Source: Candidatus Hydrogenedens sp. (GTDB lineage: Bacteria > Hydrogenedentota > Hydrogenedentia > Hydrogenedentales > Hydrogenedentaceae). From it: a DNA stretch of 64,000 nt. The position numbers and the translations under genes are program-made. The stretch spans positions 1 through 64,000 of the forward strand of contig JBMFRC010000011.1 of assembly GCA_049968235.1 (NCBI GenBank), given 5' to 3'. How positions within the stretch are numbered: position 1 is the stretch's first letter; each line of letters starts with the position of its first letter. The notes beneath the pieces are model-generated. The model made no database searches, was not told where the DNA came from, and saw nothing but the letters and a program-made list of their open reading frames with translations. This document shows positions 36,610 through 47,425 of the stretch, piece by piece.

Positions 36610-37782
36610 ATGAAATTGTCTCTGCAATTTGGTGCAGGAAATATTGGTAGAGGTTTCTTAGGTCAACTTTTCTTTGAAAGTGGCTATCATACCCTTTTTA
36701 TAGATGTTGTCCCTGAACTTGTGGAACACATAAACAAAATAAAGAAATATCCCATCAAAGTTGTTGGAGATATTGAATACACTATATTTGTTGAGAATGT
36801 ATCTGCTCTTTTACTTACCGAAAAAGAAAAAGTGGCAGAAGCGGTTCAAAAATCGGACATAATTGCTACAGCGGTAGGGGCAAAGGGAGTACCGGCTGTT
36901 GCGGAAATTCTTTCTAAGGGAATTGCAAAAAGATTAGAGGAAAAAGTTATAAAACCCTTAAACATTATCATCTGTGAAAACCTCCCTGAACCAAAGAAGA
37001 CTTTTTATCAGGAAATAACCTCATATCTCCCGAAATATCTATTAGAACCTTTTGAAACATATATAGGATTGGTTGAGGCGTCTATAGGAAGAATGGTCCC
37101 TATTATTACAGAAGAGGATAAAAAGGAACATCCTTTGCTGGTTCGGGTTGAAGAATACTGTGAACTTCCTGTAGATGCAGATGCTTTCAAAGGAGATATT
37201 CCCCAAATTAAGGGGATGAAATTATGTCGTCCTTTTTCCGGATATGTTCATCGTAAATTATATGTGCATAATCTTACTCATGCTGTATGTGCCTATCTGG
37301 GAAGGTTAAAGGACTATAAATTCATTTGGGAAGCCATCGAAGATAATGAAATATATACGATAACAAAGGATGCAGGGATAGAAAGTGCAAAAGCCATTCA
37401 TAAATTAGATGGACTTCCTTTTTCTGAACTTGAAGAGTATATCAATGACCTATTGATAAGGTATAGGAATAGACATTTAGGAGACCAGATAGAACGCGTG
37501 GCAAAAGACCCTATTCGTAAATTAAGTGAGGGAGAAAGATTAATCGGTTCTGCTATGTATTGTTTAACTGCGGGAATAACTCCTTTAAATATCTCCTTAG
37601 GTATAGCAGGTGCTATATTCTACAATGGTAACGATGAATCCTCCCAAAAATTGAAGCAGATAAGAGATTTGAATGGTGTTCATGGAGTGTTAAAAGATAT
37701 ATGTAAAATAGATGAAATACATCCACTATTTAATCTAATAATAGAAGCAATAAACAAATTAAAAAATAAAAACTGGTTATAA
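36610..37782 (+). CDS. Mannitol dehydrogenase family protein (mannitol-1-phosphate 5-dehydrogenase-like).
   Basis: The N-terminal LQFGAGNIGRGFLGQLFFESGY closely matches the MtlD motif HFGAGNIGRGFIG. Length is 390 aa. An AAGGA ribosome-binding site lies upstream. Confidence 0.7.
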   Translation: MKLSLQFGAGNIGRGFLGQLFFESGYHTLFIDVVPELVEHINKIKKYPIKVVGDIEYTIFVENVSALLLTEKEKVAEAVQKSDIIATAVGAKGVPAVAEILSKGIAKRLEEKVIKPLNIIICENLPEPKKTFYQEITSYLPKYLLEPFETYIGLVEASIGRMVPIITEEDKKEHPLLVRVEEYCELPVDADAFKGDIPQIKGMKLCRPFSGYVHRKLYVHNLTHAVCAYLGRLKDYKFIWEAIEDNEIYTITKDAGIESAKAIHKLDGLPFSELEEYINDLLIRYRNRHLGDQIERVAKDPIRKLSEGERLIGSAMYCLTAGITPLNISLGIAGAIFYNGNDESSQKLKQIRDLNGVHGVLKDICKIDEIHPLFNLIIEAINKLKNKNWL

Positions 37783-37806
37783 AAACATCAACAGAAGGAT
37801 AAAATC

Positions 37807-39141
37807 ATGTTTGAAGTAAAAATGCCTAAGTTAGGACAAACGGTAGAAGAAGCAATGATTGTCCAATGGCTCAAACAAGAAGGTGAGGAAGTTAAAGAAG
37901 GAGAACCCTTATTTACCGTTCAAACCGATAAAGCAGAAATTGAATTTGAATCACCTGCAAGTGGGACGCTATTGAAAATATTGGTGGAAGCAGGTATTGA
38001 GATACCTGTGTTAACAGTAGTAGCCCTCATAGGGGATAAGAATGAAGCCATTCCTTCGGAATATGCCCGGGGAGGTATATCGGAAGCATCCCCAAAATTG
38101 GCGGATAAAGAAAAACTTGAAATAAAAGAAGAGACACCTACCACAATGCCTCCTGCCCCAGTTGCAACAGGTCAATCGACCACAATGTCTGAAAAAGTTA
38201 TTGCATCTCCGAGAGCAAAAAAGGTAGCAGAAATTCATAATATTCCTTTGCAAAATGTTTCGGGTTCTGGAGTTGGTGGGAGAATTATGTCTTCCGATGT
38301 TGAAAATGCTATACAATCGCAGGTTAAAGCAACACCTGTAGCACGAAAATTAGCAGAACAGGGAGGAATTAATTTGCACAATGTTACAGGTTCAGGACCT
38401 CATGGGAAAATTATGAAAGAGGATGTTGAAAAAGTAAAGACATCTCCTCCCCCGGAAACCGCTACATCTACACTGCCTCCCACTATGAAAAAGATACCTC
38501 TTACACCCATGCGTAAAATTATTGCAGAGCGTATGGGACAAAGCATGCATATTGCACCTCATTACTACATAACCGTTGAAATAGATATGTCGAATGCTAA
38601 AATTTTACGCGGAAAACTACCCTTTAAGGTATCTTTTAACGATATTGTTCTTTATGCTGTAGTAAAGACACTTCGCGAGTTTCCATCCGTAAATGTGCAA
38701 TGGGGGGGCGATTGTATTATTCAAATGCCGGATATTAACTTAGGGGTTGCTGTTGCTTTACCGCAAGGTTTAATTGTTCCTGTAATCCCAAAAGCACAGG
38801 AATTATCTTTAGAGGGGCTTTCCAAAAAAGCAAAGGAACTCATTACCAAAGCACAAAATAACAAATTACTCCCGGATGACTATACAGGCAATACATTTAC
38901 AGTGTCTAATTTGGGACCGTATGGAGTAGACCATTTTACTGCGATTATAAATCAACCTGATAGTGCTATTCTGGCGGTTGGACAGATTAAAGATAGACCG
39001 GTGGTTGTTGATGGGGGTATATTTATTCGTTCTATAATGAAAGTTACTATGTCCTGTGACCATCGGGTTATAGATGGAGCATTGGGTGGTCAGTTTATGG
39101 GCAGGTTCCGTGAAATATTGGAATTGGCAGATTTTATGTGA
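37807..39141 (+). CDS. Dihydrolipoamide acyltransferase, the E2 component of a 2-oxoacid dehydrogenase complex.
   Basis: Lipoyl domain (MPKLGQTVEEAMIVQWLKQEGEEVKEGEPLFTVQTDKAEIEF, lipoyl-Lys). Two peripheral subunit-binding domains (ASPRAKKVAEIHNIPLQNVSGSGVGGRIMSSDVE; ARKLAEQGGINLHNVTGSGPHGKIMKEDVE). Catalytic domain with DHRVIDGA. Confidence 0.9.
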   Translation: MFEVKMPKLGQTVEEAMIVQWLKQEGEEVKEGEPLFTVQTDKAEIEFESPASGTLLKILVEAGIEIPVLTVVALIGDKNEAIPSEYARGGISEASPKLADKEKLEIKEETPTTMPPAPVATGQSTTMSEKVIASPRAKKVAEIHNIPLQNVSGSGVGGRIMSSDVENAIQSQVKATPVARKLAEQGGINLHNVTGSGPHGKIMKEDVEKVKTSPPPETATSTLPPTMKKIPLTPMRKIIAERMGQSMHIAPHYYITVEIDMSNAKILRGKLPFKVSFNDIVLYAVVKTLREFPSVNVQWGGDCIIQMPDINLGVAVALPQGLIVPVIPKAQELSLEGLSKKAKELITKAQNNKLLPDDYTGNTFTVSNLGPYGVDHFTAIINQPDSAILAVGQIKDRPVVVDGGIFIRSIMKVTMSCDHRVIDGALGGQFMGRFREILELADFM

Positions 39142-39169
39142 TAACCCAAAAAGAAAAGGAGAAAGAATA

Positions 39170-40558
39170 ATGGCTGATTATGATGTTATCGTAATAGGTG
39201 CTGGTCCAGGAGGATATGTTTCTGCAATTCGTTCCGCACAAAGAGGTGCCAAAACAGCAGTGATTGAGAAAAAATATTTAGGTGGGGTATGTTTAAATAT
39301 TGGTTGTATCCCGACAAAAACATTAATAAACACTGCGGGTCTCTACCGTAAGTTGAAAAAAATAGACGAATTCGGTATTCATGTTGGTAATGTCCAATTA
39401 GACCTTAATCAATTGAAGCAACGGAAAGATAAAGTCATTTCTTTAAATACCGGTGGTATTGAACGACTTTTCAAATCTTACCATATTGATTGGATTAAGG
39501 GCGAAGCAATCATTCATAAACCCAATGAAGTTACTGTTGATGGTAAACAAATTACCTCTAAAAACTTAATAATAGCCACGGGTGGGAGGCCTATCGAATT
39601 ACCTATTTTACCTTTCGATAAAAAACAAATTATTGATAGTTCGCAAGCGTTGGAATTAACAGAAATACCCGAGCGAATTGGTATTATAGGAGCCGGGGCT
39701 ATTGGGTGTGAATTTTCTAGTATCTGGAATAGTTTTGGAGCAGAAATACATCTTATTGAAATGCTACCGCATATTCTTCCAAAAGAAGATGAGGAACTTG
39801 CAAAAAGACTTGAATCTATATTCAAAAAGGAGGGTATTCAGGTTTATACAGGTAGCAAATTAAAAGGGGCAAAAATAAATGATGGTGGTATTACTCTTTC
39901 TATTGAAGGAAACAAAAATGTTGAAATTACAGTTGACCTTGTTCTTGTATGTGTAGGGATGCGATGTAATTCAGACTGTATACAGGAACCCCTTCGCAGT
40001 GCACTTAAAATCAATAAGAAAGGTGGAATTACAGTAAATGAGAAGATGGAGACAGGGGTTCCGGGTGTATATGCAATTGGTGATGTTATTGACCGTACAT
40101 GGCTGGCACATGGTGCTTCTAATGAAGGTATTGTAGCGAGCACAAATGCTACAGGTGGAAATAAGCGAATGGACTACCGTATTCTCCCAGCTTGTACCTT
40201 TACATTTCCGGAACTGGCAAGTGTTGGATTAACAGAAGCAAAGGCAAAAGAACTGGGTTATTCTGTTAAAACTGGGAAATTCCTCTTTTCTGGAAATGGT
40301 CGAGCACATACCATCGGTGAAGCAGAAGGTATGCTGAAGATAGTAGGTAATACTCACACAGATGAAATTTTAGGTGTCCACATTTTAGGACCGGAAGCAG
40401 GTGAAATAATAGCAATTGCCAGTGTTGCCATGAAATTGGAAAGCACTGTTGAAGAATTAGCAGAGACTATCTTTACACATCCTACTTTATCCGAAGTGTT
40501 AATGGAAGCCAGTGAGGACTATTATGGAATGAGTATTCATAGTCCTGCGAAAAAATAG
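39170..40558 (+). CDS. lpdA: Dihydrolipoyl dehydrogenase (E3).
   Basis: MADYDVIVIGAGPGGYVSAIRSAQRGAKTAVIEKKYLGGVCLNIGCIPTK gives the FAD-binding GxGxxG and the redox-active CLNIGC disulfide. An AAAGGAG Shine-Dalgarno sequence lies upstream. The tracked upstream extension overlaps E2 and is unlikely. Confidence 0.9.
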   Translation: MADYDVIVIGAGPGGYVSAIRSAQRGAKTAVIEKKYLGGVCLNIGCIPTKTLINTAGLYRKLKKIDEFGIHVGNVQLDLNQLKQRKDKVISLNTGGIERLFKSYHIDWIKGEAIIHKPNEVTVDGKQITSKNLIIATGGRPIELPILPFDKKQIIDSSQALELTEIPERIGIIGAGAIGCEFSSIWNSFGAEIHLIEMLPHILPKEDEELAKRLESIFKKEGIQVYTGSKLKGAKINDGGITLSIEGNKNVEITVDLVLVCVGMRCNSDCIQEPLRSALKINKKGGITVNEKMETGVPGVYAIGDVIDRTWLAHGASNEGIVASTNATGGNKRMDYRILPACTFTFPELASVGLTEAKAKELGYSVKTGKFLFSGNGRAHTIGEAEGMLKIVGNTHTDEILGVHILGPEAGEIIAIASVAMKLESTVEELAETIFTHPTLSEVLMEASEDYYGMSIHSPAKK

Positions 40559-40622
40559 TTATATAATGTAAAAATCATCATCTTTTTTTGGGTTGATAAT
40601 ATAAATCCATTATAATGAATAC

Positions 40623-42893
40623 ATGACGAATATGAATGAGAATTCAAAAGCACATTTTAGAAGAGACGATGTATCGGTCTGTCTCTTCTTATTATTATTC
40701 CCTCTGGTAGTATTGGTAATTGATTTTTCACAAAATCAGATACCTGGGAACTATACTTCTTTATATTATAGCCCACTATGGGTAGAGGGAAAATTAATAA
40801 GCAATGGGAGTTATAACAAAGATACACTTACGGATAGTTCTAAATATCTATCCGATTATTTTTATATGTCTCAAGTAAAAAGTTTATCATCCCTATTGTG
40901 GGATAACACTTCGGGAGGAGGTATTCCTTTTCTTGCGAGATGGGAATCTCGTTGTTTTTCTATTTTTAGCATACCTTTTTATTTCCTACCTTTATGGAAA
41001 TCCATTTACATTAGTATATGGTTAAAAATGATTATTGCGGGCATTGGAGCATATCTACTTGCACTATCCATAGGTTTCTTACCATCTATAGGATTATTCG
41101 TCGCGATACTATTTCAGGTCAGCGGACATTTATTTTTCAATCCCATACATCCTATAACAGATGTCATGGTTTGGTTTCCTTTATATCTATGTTTTGTAAA
41201 TCTTGTTTTTTATCATTCATTTCGTTATTGGGTGTTATTATGTATATCTATTGCTTTTATGTCATTGGGGGGTAGTATTGAAACATTAGTAGTTATTTTT
41301 GCTTTCACTATTTTATATATTCTCGTTGCATATTTCTTTGCTCGACCTGAAAATATCGTTTATTATATCCCCATTTTATTTGTTCTCTTTGCATGGATAA
41401 CCGCATATGGACTTATTTCGTTTCAGATATTCCCTTATATGGAATGGAATAATCACAGAGCAATTATTTCATCTATCTCCTCTATTCCTAATCTGGTTTA
41501 CAAAGATTTATTAGGGCTATTTTTCCCAGCAGGAATCTCTGCAGAACATTCACATCTTATTCCCATTGTTTTGCTATGCTCTCCTGGCATCTGTTGTATT
41601 CTTTTATTGCCATTATGGCTCAGTGCTCGTTCTCTTATTCACTCAGAAATGCGAGGGAAAACAGAGGCGTTTTTTGTTACAAGTTTATTTCTATTTGCAA
41701 TTTTCTGTCTTATTTCTTGTTTGGACTTACAATTGCCCTATTTCAACAATATATCCCTGATTCATGTGGGTTGGTTTCTCATACTTTCAATGGGTTATAT
41801 AATTGGAATGTCTATAGAATCTTGGAATTTGTTTTCTCCTGATGAATGTCGTCAGTGTGTGAAAAAATTATTAGTTTTTGCTGTAATATTCTGGATTTTA
41901 TTATTCATGTCAGTTCTTGCAGGGAAATTATATGGTATCATAGGAACAGAATGTTTCTGGAAAGAATTCGGAATTGCATTCTTCTTTTTACTATTAGTAT
42001 TTCTATACTTGCTTTTTAGTCTTTTTTATCCTTCGCCCCGAAATTCAGGATATATACTAACCCTTATTCTTTTGCTTTCCATTATCGTTATATATCGTCC
42101 CTATCGGATTACAACACCGATAGAATTATTAAAAGTAAATGAAGAATCCATTAATAAATTAAAACAATATGGGACTCGTTTTGCAGGACCGGAACCTTTA
42201 CAGAACTTTGTTTTCTCCATAGAGGGATTAAACATGATGGTTGTCCCACCGGAGAAATGTACCAAAAGATATTCCCTTTTCATGGAAAAGGCATTAGAGG
42301 ACCCAAAACTCTGGTTTAGAACCGGAACTTCTTGTTTCCTTTTTACATCCATTGAAAATTCTAATCCGAATAATTCTTTTTATAAAATAAGGTCCGAATT
42401 AAAATTAGCAGATATGTTCTCATCTGGAATGGCTATATTCAAATCCAACAAGAATGCTCCACGGGCATTTGTAATTTACAATGGAAAAACCACTGATACT
42501 ATAAATCCTGATTTGCTTTCTTCGGATCTTCCTCATCTGGTTGAAAACGCTCTTATTCCCGAAACAACTTCTGTTACAGAACTTCCGGCGGTTGTCGAAG
42601 ATATTTCTCCCACGCATGTCCGTATCAAAGTAGAAAAGACCAAACCCGGTATACTTGTTTTAGCAGATACCTATTATCCGGGATGGTCTGTTAGCGTAGA
42701 TAATATGGTCAAAGATATTATACCTGTTAACATTGCCTTTCGTGGAGTAGAACTCAGCGAAGGGGACCACCAGATTGATTTTGAATATCAATGTAAAGGT
42801 TTCTGGTGGGGTTTAACTATAAGTATTATTGCTGTCATTCTATTTCTTGGGATAATACGGTTTACTTTCCGTTTTTCCAGACAATTAATCTAA
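40623..42893 (+). CDS. Polytopic membrane protein with YfhO-like topology: about 14 N-terminal TM helices, an extracytoplasmic C-terminal domain and a final TM helix.
   Basis: Hydrophobic helices span the first ~500 aa. A soluble domain follows, then a terminal helix WWGLTISIIAVILFLGIIRFTF. The family call is tentative and based on topology only. Confidence 0.5.
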   Translation: MTNMNENSKAHFRRDDVSVCLFLLLFPLVVLVIDFSQNQIPGNYTSLYYSPLWVEGKLISNGSYNKDTLTDSSKYLSDYFYMSQVKSLSSLLWDNTSGGGIPFLARWESRCFSIFSIPFYFLPLWKSIYISIWLKMIIAGIGAYLLALSIGFLPSIGLFVAILFQVSGHLFFNPIHPITDVMVWFPLYLCFVNLVFYHSFRYWVLLCISIAFMSLGGSIETLVVIFAFTILYILVAYFFARPENIVYYIPILFVLFAWITAYGLISFQIFPYMEWNNHRAIISSISSIPNLVYKDLLGLFFPAGISAEHSHLIPIVLLCSPGICCILLLPLWLSARSLIHSEMRGKTEAFFVTSLFLFAIFCLISCLDLQLPYFNNISLIHVGWFLILSMGYIIGMSIESWNLFSPDECRQCVKKLLVFAVIFWILLFMSVLAGKLYGIIGTECFWKEFGIAFFFLLLVFLYLLFSLFYPSPRNSGYILTLILLLSIIVIYRPYRITTPIELLKVNEESINKLKQYGTRFAGPEPLQNFVFSIEGLNMMVVPPEKCTKRYSLFMEKALEDPKLWFRTGTSCFLFTSIENSNPNNSFYKIRSELKLADMFSSGMAIFKSNKNAPRAFVIYNGKTTDTINPDLLSSDLPHLVENALIPETTSVTELPAVVEDISPTHVRIKVEKTKPGILVLADTYYPGWSVSVDNMVKDIIPVNIAFRGVELSEGDHQIDFEYQCKGFWWGLTISIIAVILFLGIIRFTFRFSRQLI

Positions 42894-42898
42894 TATTT

Positions 42899-45505
42899 TC
42901 ATATAACTTTTTCTTCTCTCCTATCCACATTGAAGATTATTTCATTATTATCGTTTGTATCAATGTGGACATGATCACCTTCTCGGATGCCCTGAGAAAG
43001 GATTTGCATTGCCAGAGCATCCACGACCTTACGCTGGATTAGGCGTTTTAATGGTCTTGCTCCAAAAACGGGGTCATAGCCTTCTTCCGCGAGTAGTTCT
43101 TTAGCACTATCACTTACAGAAAGTCTGATTTCTCTATCCGATAATCGATTTATAACCTGATTTAATTGCAAATCAACAATTTGTCGTATCTCTTCTTTCT
43201 TCAACGGTTGGAATAGAATAATATCATCAACACGATTTAAGAATTCAGGACGGAAATGATTATGAAGAATATTTGTTACATACTCAACCTGTTTCTCATA
43301 AGGCATGTTCGTTTTCTGGAATACTTCACTGCCTAAGTTTGATGTCATGATAATAATTGTGTTTCTGAAATCTACTGTTCGACCTTTTCCGTCTGTTAAT
43401 CGTCCATCATCAAGCAATTGTAGAAGGACATTGAATACTTCGGCGTGTGCTTTTTCAATTTCATCCAGAAGAACTACACTATAAGGTTTTCTTCTTACTG
43501 CTTCTGTAAGTTGTCCTCCTTCTTCATATCCGACATAACCGGGAGGTGCACCAATAAGTCGTGCTACGGAATGTTTTTCCATGTATTCGGACATGTCAAT
43601 CCGTATCATTGCCTGTTCATGGTCGAACAATAACTCCGCTAAAGCACGTGCCAGTTCTGTTTTTCCCACTCCTGTGGGTCCAAGGAAAATAAAAGAACCT
43701 ATAGGACGATTGGGGTCTTTCAGTCCGGCTCTTGCTCTACGGACAGCATCGGACACAGCACGGATACCTTCTTTTTGTCCTACTACACGATGAGAGAGTC
43801 GTTCTTCCATATTTATTAATCTTTGCATTTCACCTTCCAATAGACGGTCTACGGGAATTCCTGTCCAACTGGATACTATTTTGGAGATATGTTCATCGGT
43901 AACTTCTTCACTTAGAAAACTTCCGTTCTTTTGTATTTCCTCTAACTCTTTCTTTCTCAATTCTAATTCTTGTCTTAAGTGGTTCAATTCTCCATAGATA
44001 ATTTCTGAGGCTTTTCCTAAATCACCCTGACGCTGTGCAATTTCAGATTGTCGTTTTGCTTCTTCAATGCGGGCATTAATTTCGCGGATTTGGTTTATTA
44101 CCGCTCTTTCTGTTTGCCATTTTGCCTTTTTAGCGTTTAATTCTTCACGAATTTCGGCAATTTCTTTTTCGATGGCTTCTCGTCTTTCGACACCTGACTT
44201 TTCCGTTTCTTTTTTTAATGCCAGATGTTCTATTTCTAATTGACGAATCCTTCTATCAAGCACATCAATCTCGTAAGGCATACTATCAATTTCTATCCGT
44301 AATCGGGAGGCAGCTTCATCAATCAGGTCAATCGCTTTATCCGGCAAAAATCGGTCTGTGATATAACGATGGCTTAAATAAGCAGATGCAACAATGGCAT
44401 CATCACGAATACGAACTCCGTGGTGTACCTCATATTTTTCTTTAAGACCACGGAGAATAGCAATAGTATCCTCAACATCAGGTTCCTCTACAATAATTGG
44501 CTGAAATCTTCTTTCCAATGCAGGGTCTTTTTCAACATGCTTCCGATATTCATCGAGGGTTGTTGCCCCTATACAATGGAGTTCTCCGCGTGCTAAGGCG
44601 GGTTTTAACATGTTGGATGCGTCCATTGCTCCTTCGGCGGAACCCGCACCTATAAGTGTGTGCATCTCATCAATGAACAGGATTATATTCCCTTGAGACT
44701 CCTGGATAGTAGAAAGAACCGCTTTAAGTCGTTCTTCAAATTCACCACGAAACTTACTTCCAGCAATAAGAGCAGATAGATCTAAAGCATGAATTCGTTT
44801 GTTCTTTAATGATTCAGGGATATCTCCCGAAACTATTCGTTGTGCTAAACCTTCTACTATGGCTGTTTTTCCGACACCGGGTTCGCCAATAAGCACCGGG
44901 TTATTTTTTGTTCTTCGGGATAAGACCTGAATCACTCTTCGTATTTCTTCGTCCCTACCAATAACAGGGTCTAATTTTCCTACCCGGGCTAACTGGGTTA
45001 AATCTCTACTAAACCGTTCCAGAGCATCATAGGTAGATTCCGCATTGGGGTCATCTACGCGTTGATTTCCTCTTACTTCTTTCAACGCAGATAATAGGGA
45101 AGTTTCCGTAATACCTAAATTTTTTAAGATTTTTCCTGCATGGTTCGTTTTTTCTCGAACCATACCTAACAGGACATGCTCGGAACTTAAATATTGGTCT
45201 TTTAATGTTTGGGCAAAATTCCATGATGTTTCTAATACCTGTTGAAGTTCATAGGACAGATTGGGATTATGAAGACCCGATGAAATATGTGGAAGTTTCT
45301 CCATCTCTCTATTTATCGAAGCATTTATCTGTCCTTTTGAAAGCCCTAATCTCTGTAGTATTGGAACAACTGCTGAATTTTCTTTCGTGATTAATGATGT
45401 TAGTAAATGTAAGGATGTAATTTCAGGATGTCCTTTATTTGTAGCTAAATCAAGGGCTTCCGATAATGCATCCTGTAAAGGTATAGTTAATCTATCAAAT
45501 CTCAT
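42899..45505 (-). CDS. clpB: ATP-dependent chaperone ClpB.
   Basis: Clp N domain ([33 protein letters not shown]). Two AAA+ modules ([20 protein letters not shown]; [17 protein letters not shown]). A long middle coiled-coil region typical of ClpB. Confidence 0.95.
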   Translation of the reverse strand: MRFDRLTIPLQDALSEALDLATNKGHPEITSLHLLTSLITKENSAVVPILQRLGLSKGQINASINREMEKLPHISSGLHNPNLSYELQQVLETSWNFAQTLKDQYLSSEHVLLGMVREKTNHAGKILKNLGITETSLLSALKEVRGNQRVDDPNAESTYDALERFSRDLTQLARVGKLDPVIGRDEEIRRVIQVLSRRTKNNPVLIGEPGVGKTAIVEGLAQRIVSGDIPESLKNKRIHALDLSALIAGSKFRGEFEERLKAVLSTIQESQGNIILFIDEMHTLIGAGSAEGAMDASNMLKPALARGELHCIGATTLDEYRKHVEKDPALERRFQPIIVEEPDVEDTIAILRGLKEKYEVHHGVRIRDDAIVASAYLSHRYITDRFLPDKAIDLIDEAASRLRIEIDSMPYEIDVLDRRIRQLEIEHLALKKETEKSGVERREAIEKEIAEIREELNAKKAKWQTERAVINQIREINARIEEAKRQSEIAQRQGDLGKASEIIYGELNHLRQELELRKKELEEIQKNGSFLSEEVTDEHISKIVSSWTGIPVDRLLEGEMQRLINMEERLSHRVVGQKEGIRAVSDAVRRARAGLKDPNRPIGSFIFLGPTGVGKTELARALAELLFDHEQAMIRIDMSEYMEKHSVARLIGAPPGYVGYEEGGQLTEAVRRKPYSVVLLDEIEKAHAEVFNVLLQLLDDGRLTDGKGRTVDFRNTIIIMTSNLGSEVFQKTNMPYEKQVEYVTNILHNHFRPEFLNRVDDIILFQPLKKEEIRQIVDLQLNQVINRLSDREIRLSVSDSAKELLAEEGYDPVFGARPLKRLIQRKVVDALAMQILSQGIREGDHVHIDTNDNNEIIFNVDRREEKVI

Positions 45506-45697
45506 AATTTATTACCTCCTTCTTTTTATTTATTTTTTATTAGCAATTGGTGTGCCAGATTAAAAAGTAGATTTTCTGCTCATTTTACATAATCTTTGTT
45601 TCAAAAAGAGATTTGTTTTGTAACACTGTTCCAGTTTAAAACAAAAGAGGCAAACCTTTTTGCAAAGATTTGCCTCTAATAATTACGACCTATTAAA

Positions 45698-47263
45698 TTA
45701 GAATTTAAGGACTGTCATCCAGAAGATATATCCTGCATCGTTATTGTCTGAACCGCCAGAGAAATCTGTCCCATTTCCTTGAATATATGCTCCTTGTGCT
45801 AATCCATCACCAACGAATAGGTAATTTCCATAGAGCATAAACCAGAGGTCTTTGGAGTAGTTGTATCTAATCCATGCGGCGATTTCCCAACCTATATCAC
45901 TTTCTCCTTCGTCAGTCCAGAAACTAAGTAATGGTGCTGCGTAGAATTTTCTCCCCAATACCTTAAATGTTTTGGGTGGGTCAAATGGAGAAACAATCCC
46001 ATCATAAGCACCGTGCACATGGACTAAAATTTTATCTGTTGGTTTGACTTCAAACCCTAACTGAACCTGCCAGTAGTTTGATAACCAACCATTATCATTA
46101 ACAGTGGGCAAATAGTTTTTATCGGAGAATAGACGATTAAATGAATGACTTGCTTCAGGTTCATAAAATGGATTTAACCAATCCCAGAAATCAATGCTTC
46201 GGTTGTCATGCCCCTGGAAATATACACCCAGAGTATAGATTCGTGGTGTCCACTTTATATCCTCAAAGGTATAACCCACCGTCAGTTCTGCACCTAAATC
46301 ACCCCAATGGGCACTATCATCACCATAAAGGAAGCCACCTATGGGCTTAAAGGTTGCACCTAAAGAATCTGCGTCACCAAACTGGTATGCCAATTCTAAA
46401 TCATAATCGAAACCAGTGGATTTTCCAAATGCACGGACACCTACTGTATGTAATTTTGTAACGCCATAATCATCACGACCGACTATATCTTCAGCAAATT
46501 CCATAATAGGATTTCCCGTAGTGTCGTGTGGACTTAAGCCATCTCTGAGAAAATACCAGTACGCCGAAACTGTAAGTGGTTTCCATCCTGCATAAGTCCC
46601 ATAAATACCATAGAAATCTATATCCCCATCCTGTTCAATCTGGAATCGGTCATTAACTTTGGATGCGAATGCATCAACGGTCCAATCTCCTTGTTTATAA
46701 GTTAACCGAATGGCGTCATAGGAAGAATATTGTGATGGTGTTAACATGTTGGTTACTAACCAACCTTTGCCCATAATTAAATCCTGGCGACCTACGCGTA
46801 ATGTTAAAGGAGATCCAAACAACTCACGAACTTCTACATAGGCTTGTTCAATTTCTACATCATCATTAGAATTTGCTCGTGTATCTACTCCTGTAACATA
46901 ATCTCGCGAACGGAAATCTTCACCCCAGATATGCCAATCATAAAATTCGATAAAAGCAGATACATTATCCGTAAAATCTGCTTTGAAATTCAGTAACACA
47001 GAAGTTTCATACCTTGTCCAATCGGAACCCTGGTCATCCCATTTGTAAATAGAAGAAATCCGATTTCCTCCGACAGGTCTTTTTGGAATAAACGCAGGTG
47101 GTATCCTTTCCGTTCTCGGTGCAAATGTGTTTATATACCAGCGTCCCCGAATTCTCAATTCTCCCCCAACTGAGACGCTTTGTAATTCAGCAACCGCTAC
47201 GGATGTAATTGTTACACATAGAATAAATACACATATCCCCTTTGCCAAAAGAGATTTGTTCAT
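45698..47263 (-). CDS. Putative outer-membrane beta-barrel protein (porin-like).
   Basis: Signal peptide MNKSLLAKGICVFILCVTITSVAVA. Alternating amphipathic beta-strand pattern and an aromatic-rich sequence. C-terminal ...FWMTVLKF ends in Phe, typical of OMPs. An AAAGGG ribosome-binding site lies upstream. Confidence 0.5.
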   Translation of the reverse strand: MNKSLLAKGICVFILCVTITSVAVAELQSVSVGGELRIRGRWYINTFAPRTERIPPAFIPKRPVGGNRISSIYKWDDQGSDWTRYETSVLLNFKADFTDNVSAFIEFYDWHIWGEDFRSRDYVTGVDTRANSNDDVEIEQAYVEVRELFGSPLTLRVGRQDLIMGKGWLVTNMLTPSQYSSYDAIRLTYKQGDWTVDAFASKVNDRFQIEQDGDIDFYGIYGTYAGWKPLTVSAYWYFLRDGLSPHDTTGNPIMEFAEDIVGRDDYGVTKLHTVGVRAFGKSTGFDYDLELAYQFGDADSLGATFKPIGGFLYGDDSAHWGDLGAELTVGYTFEDIKWTPRIYTLGVYFQGHDNRSIDFWDWLNPFYEPEASHSFNRLFSDKNYLPTVNDNGWLSNYWQVQLGFEVKPTDKILVHVHGAYDGIVSPFDPPKTFKVLGRKFYAAPLLSFWTDEGESDIGWEIAAWIRYNYSKDLWFMLYGNYLFVGDGLAQGAYIQGNGTDFSGGSDNNDAGYIFWMTVLKF

Positions 47264-47425
47264 TTAAGTACCCTTTCATTTAATTATTAGTTTTATTGTT
47301 TTTTTTATAACTTATCAATAAATCACAATTTTATAATCATAGTAAATAAATAACAAAAAATTCAAATAATAACGAATATTTTTTAATATTTTTTTGTTTT
47401 TAATTAGAGAATTAGGAGATAGAAT

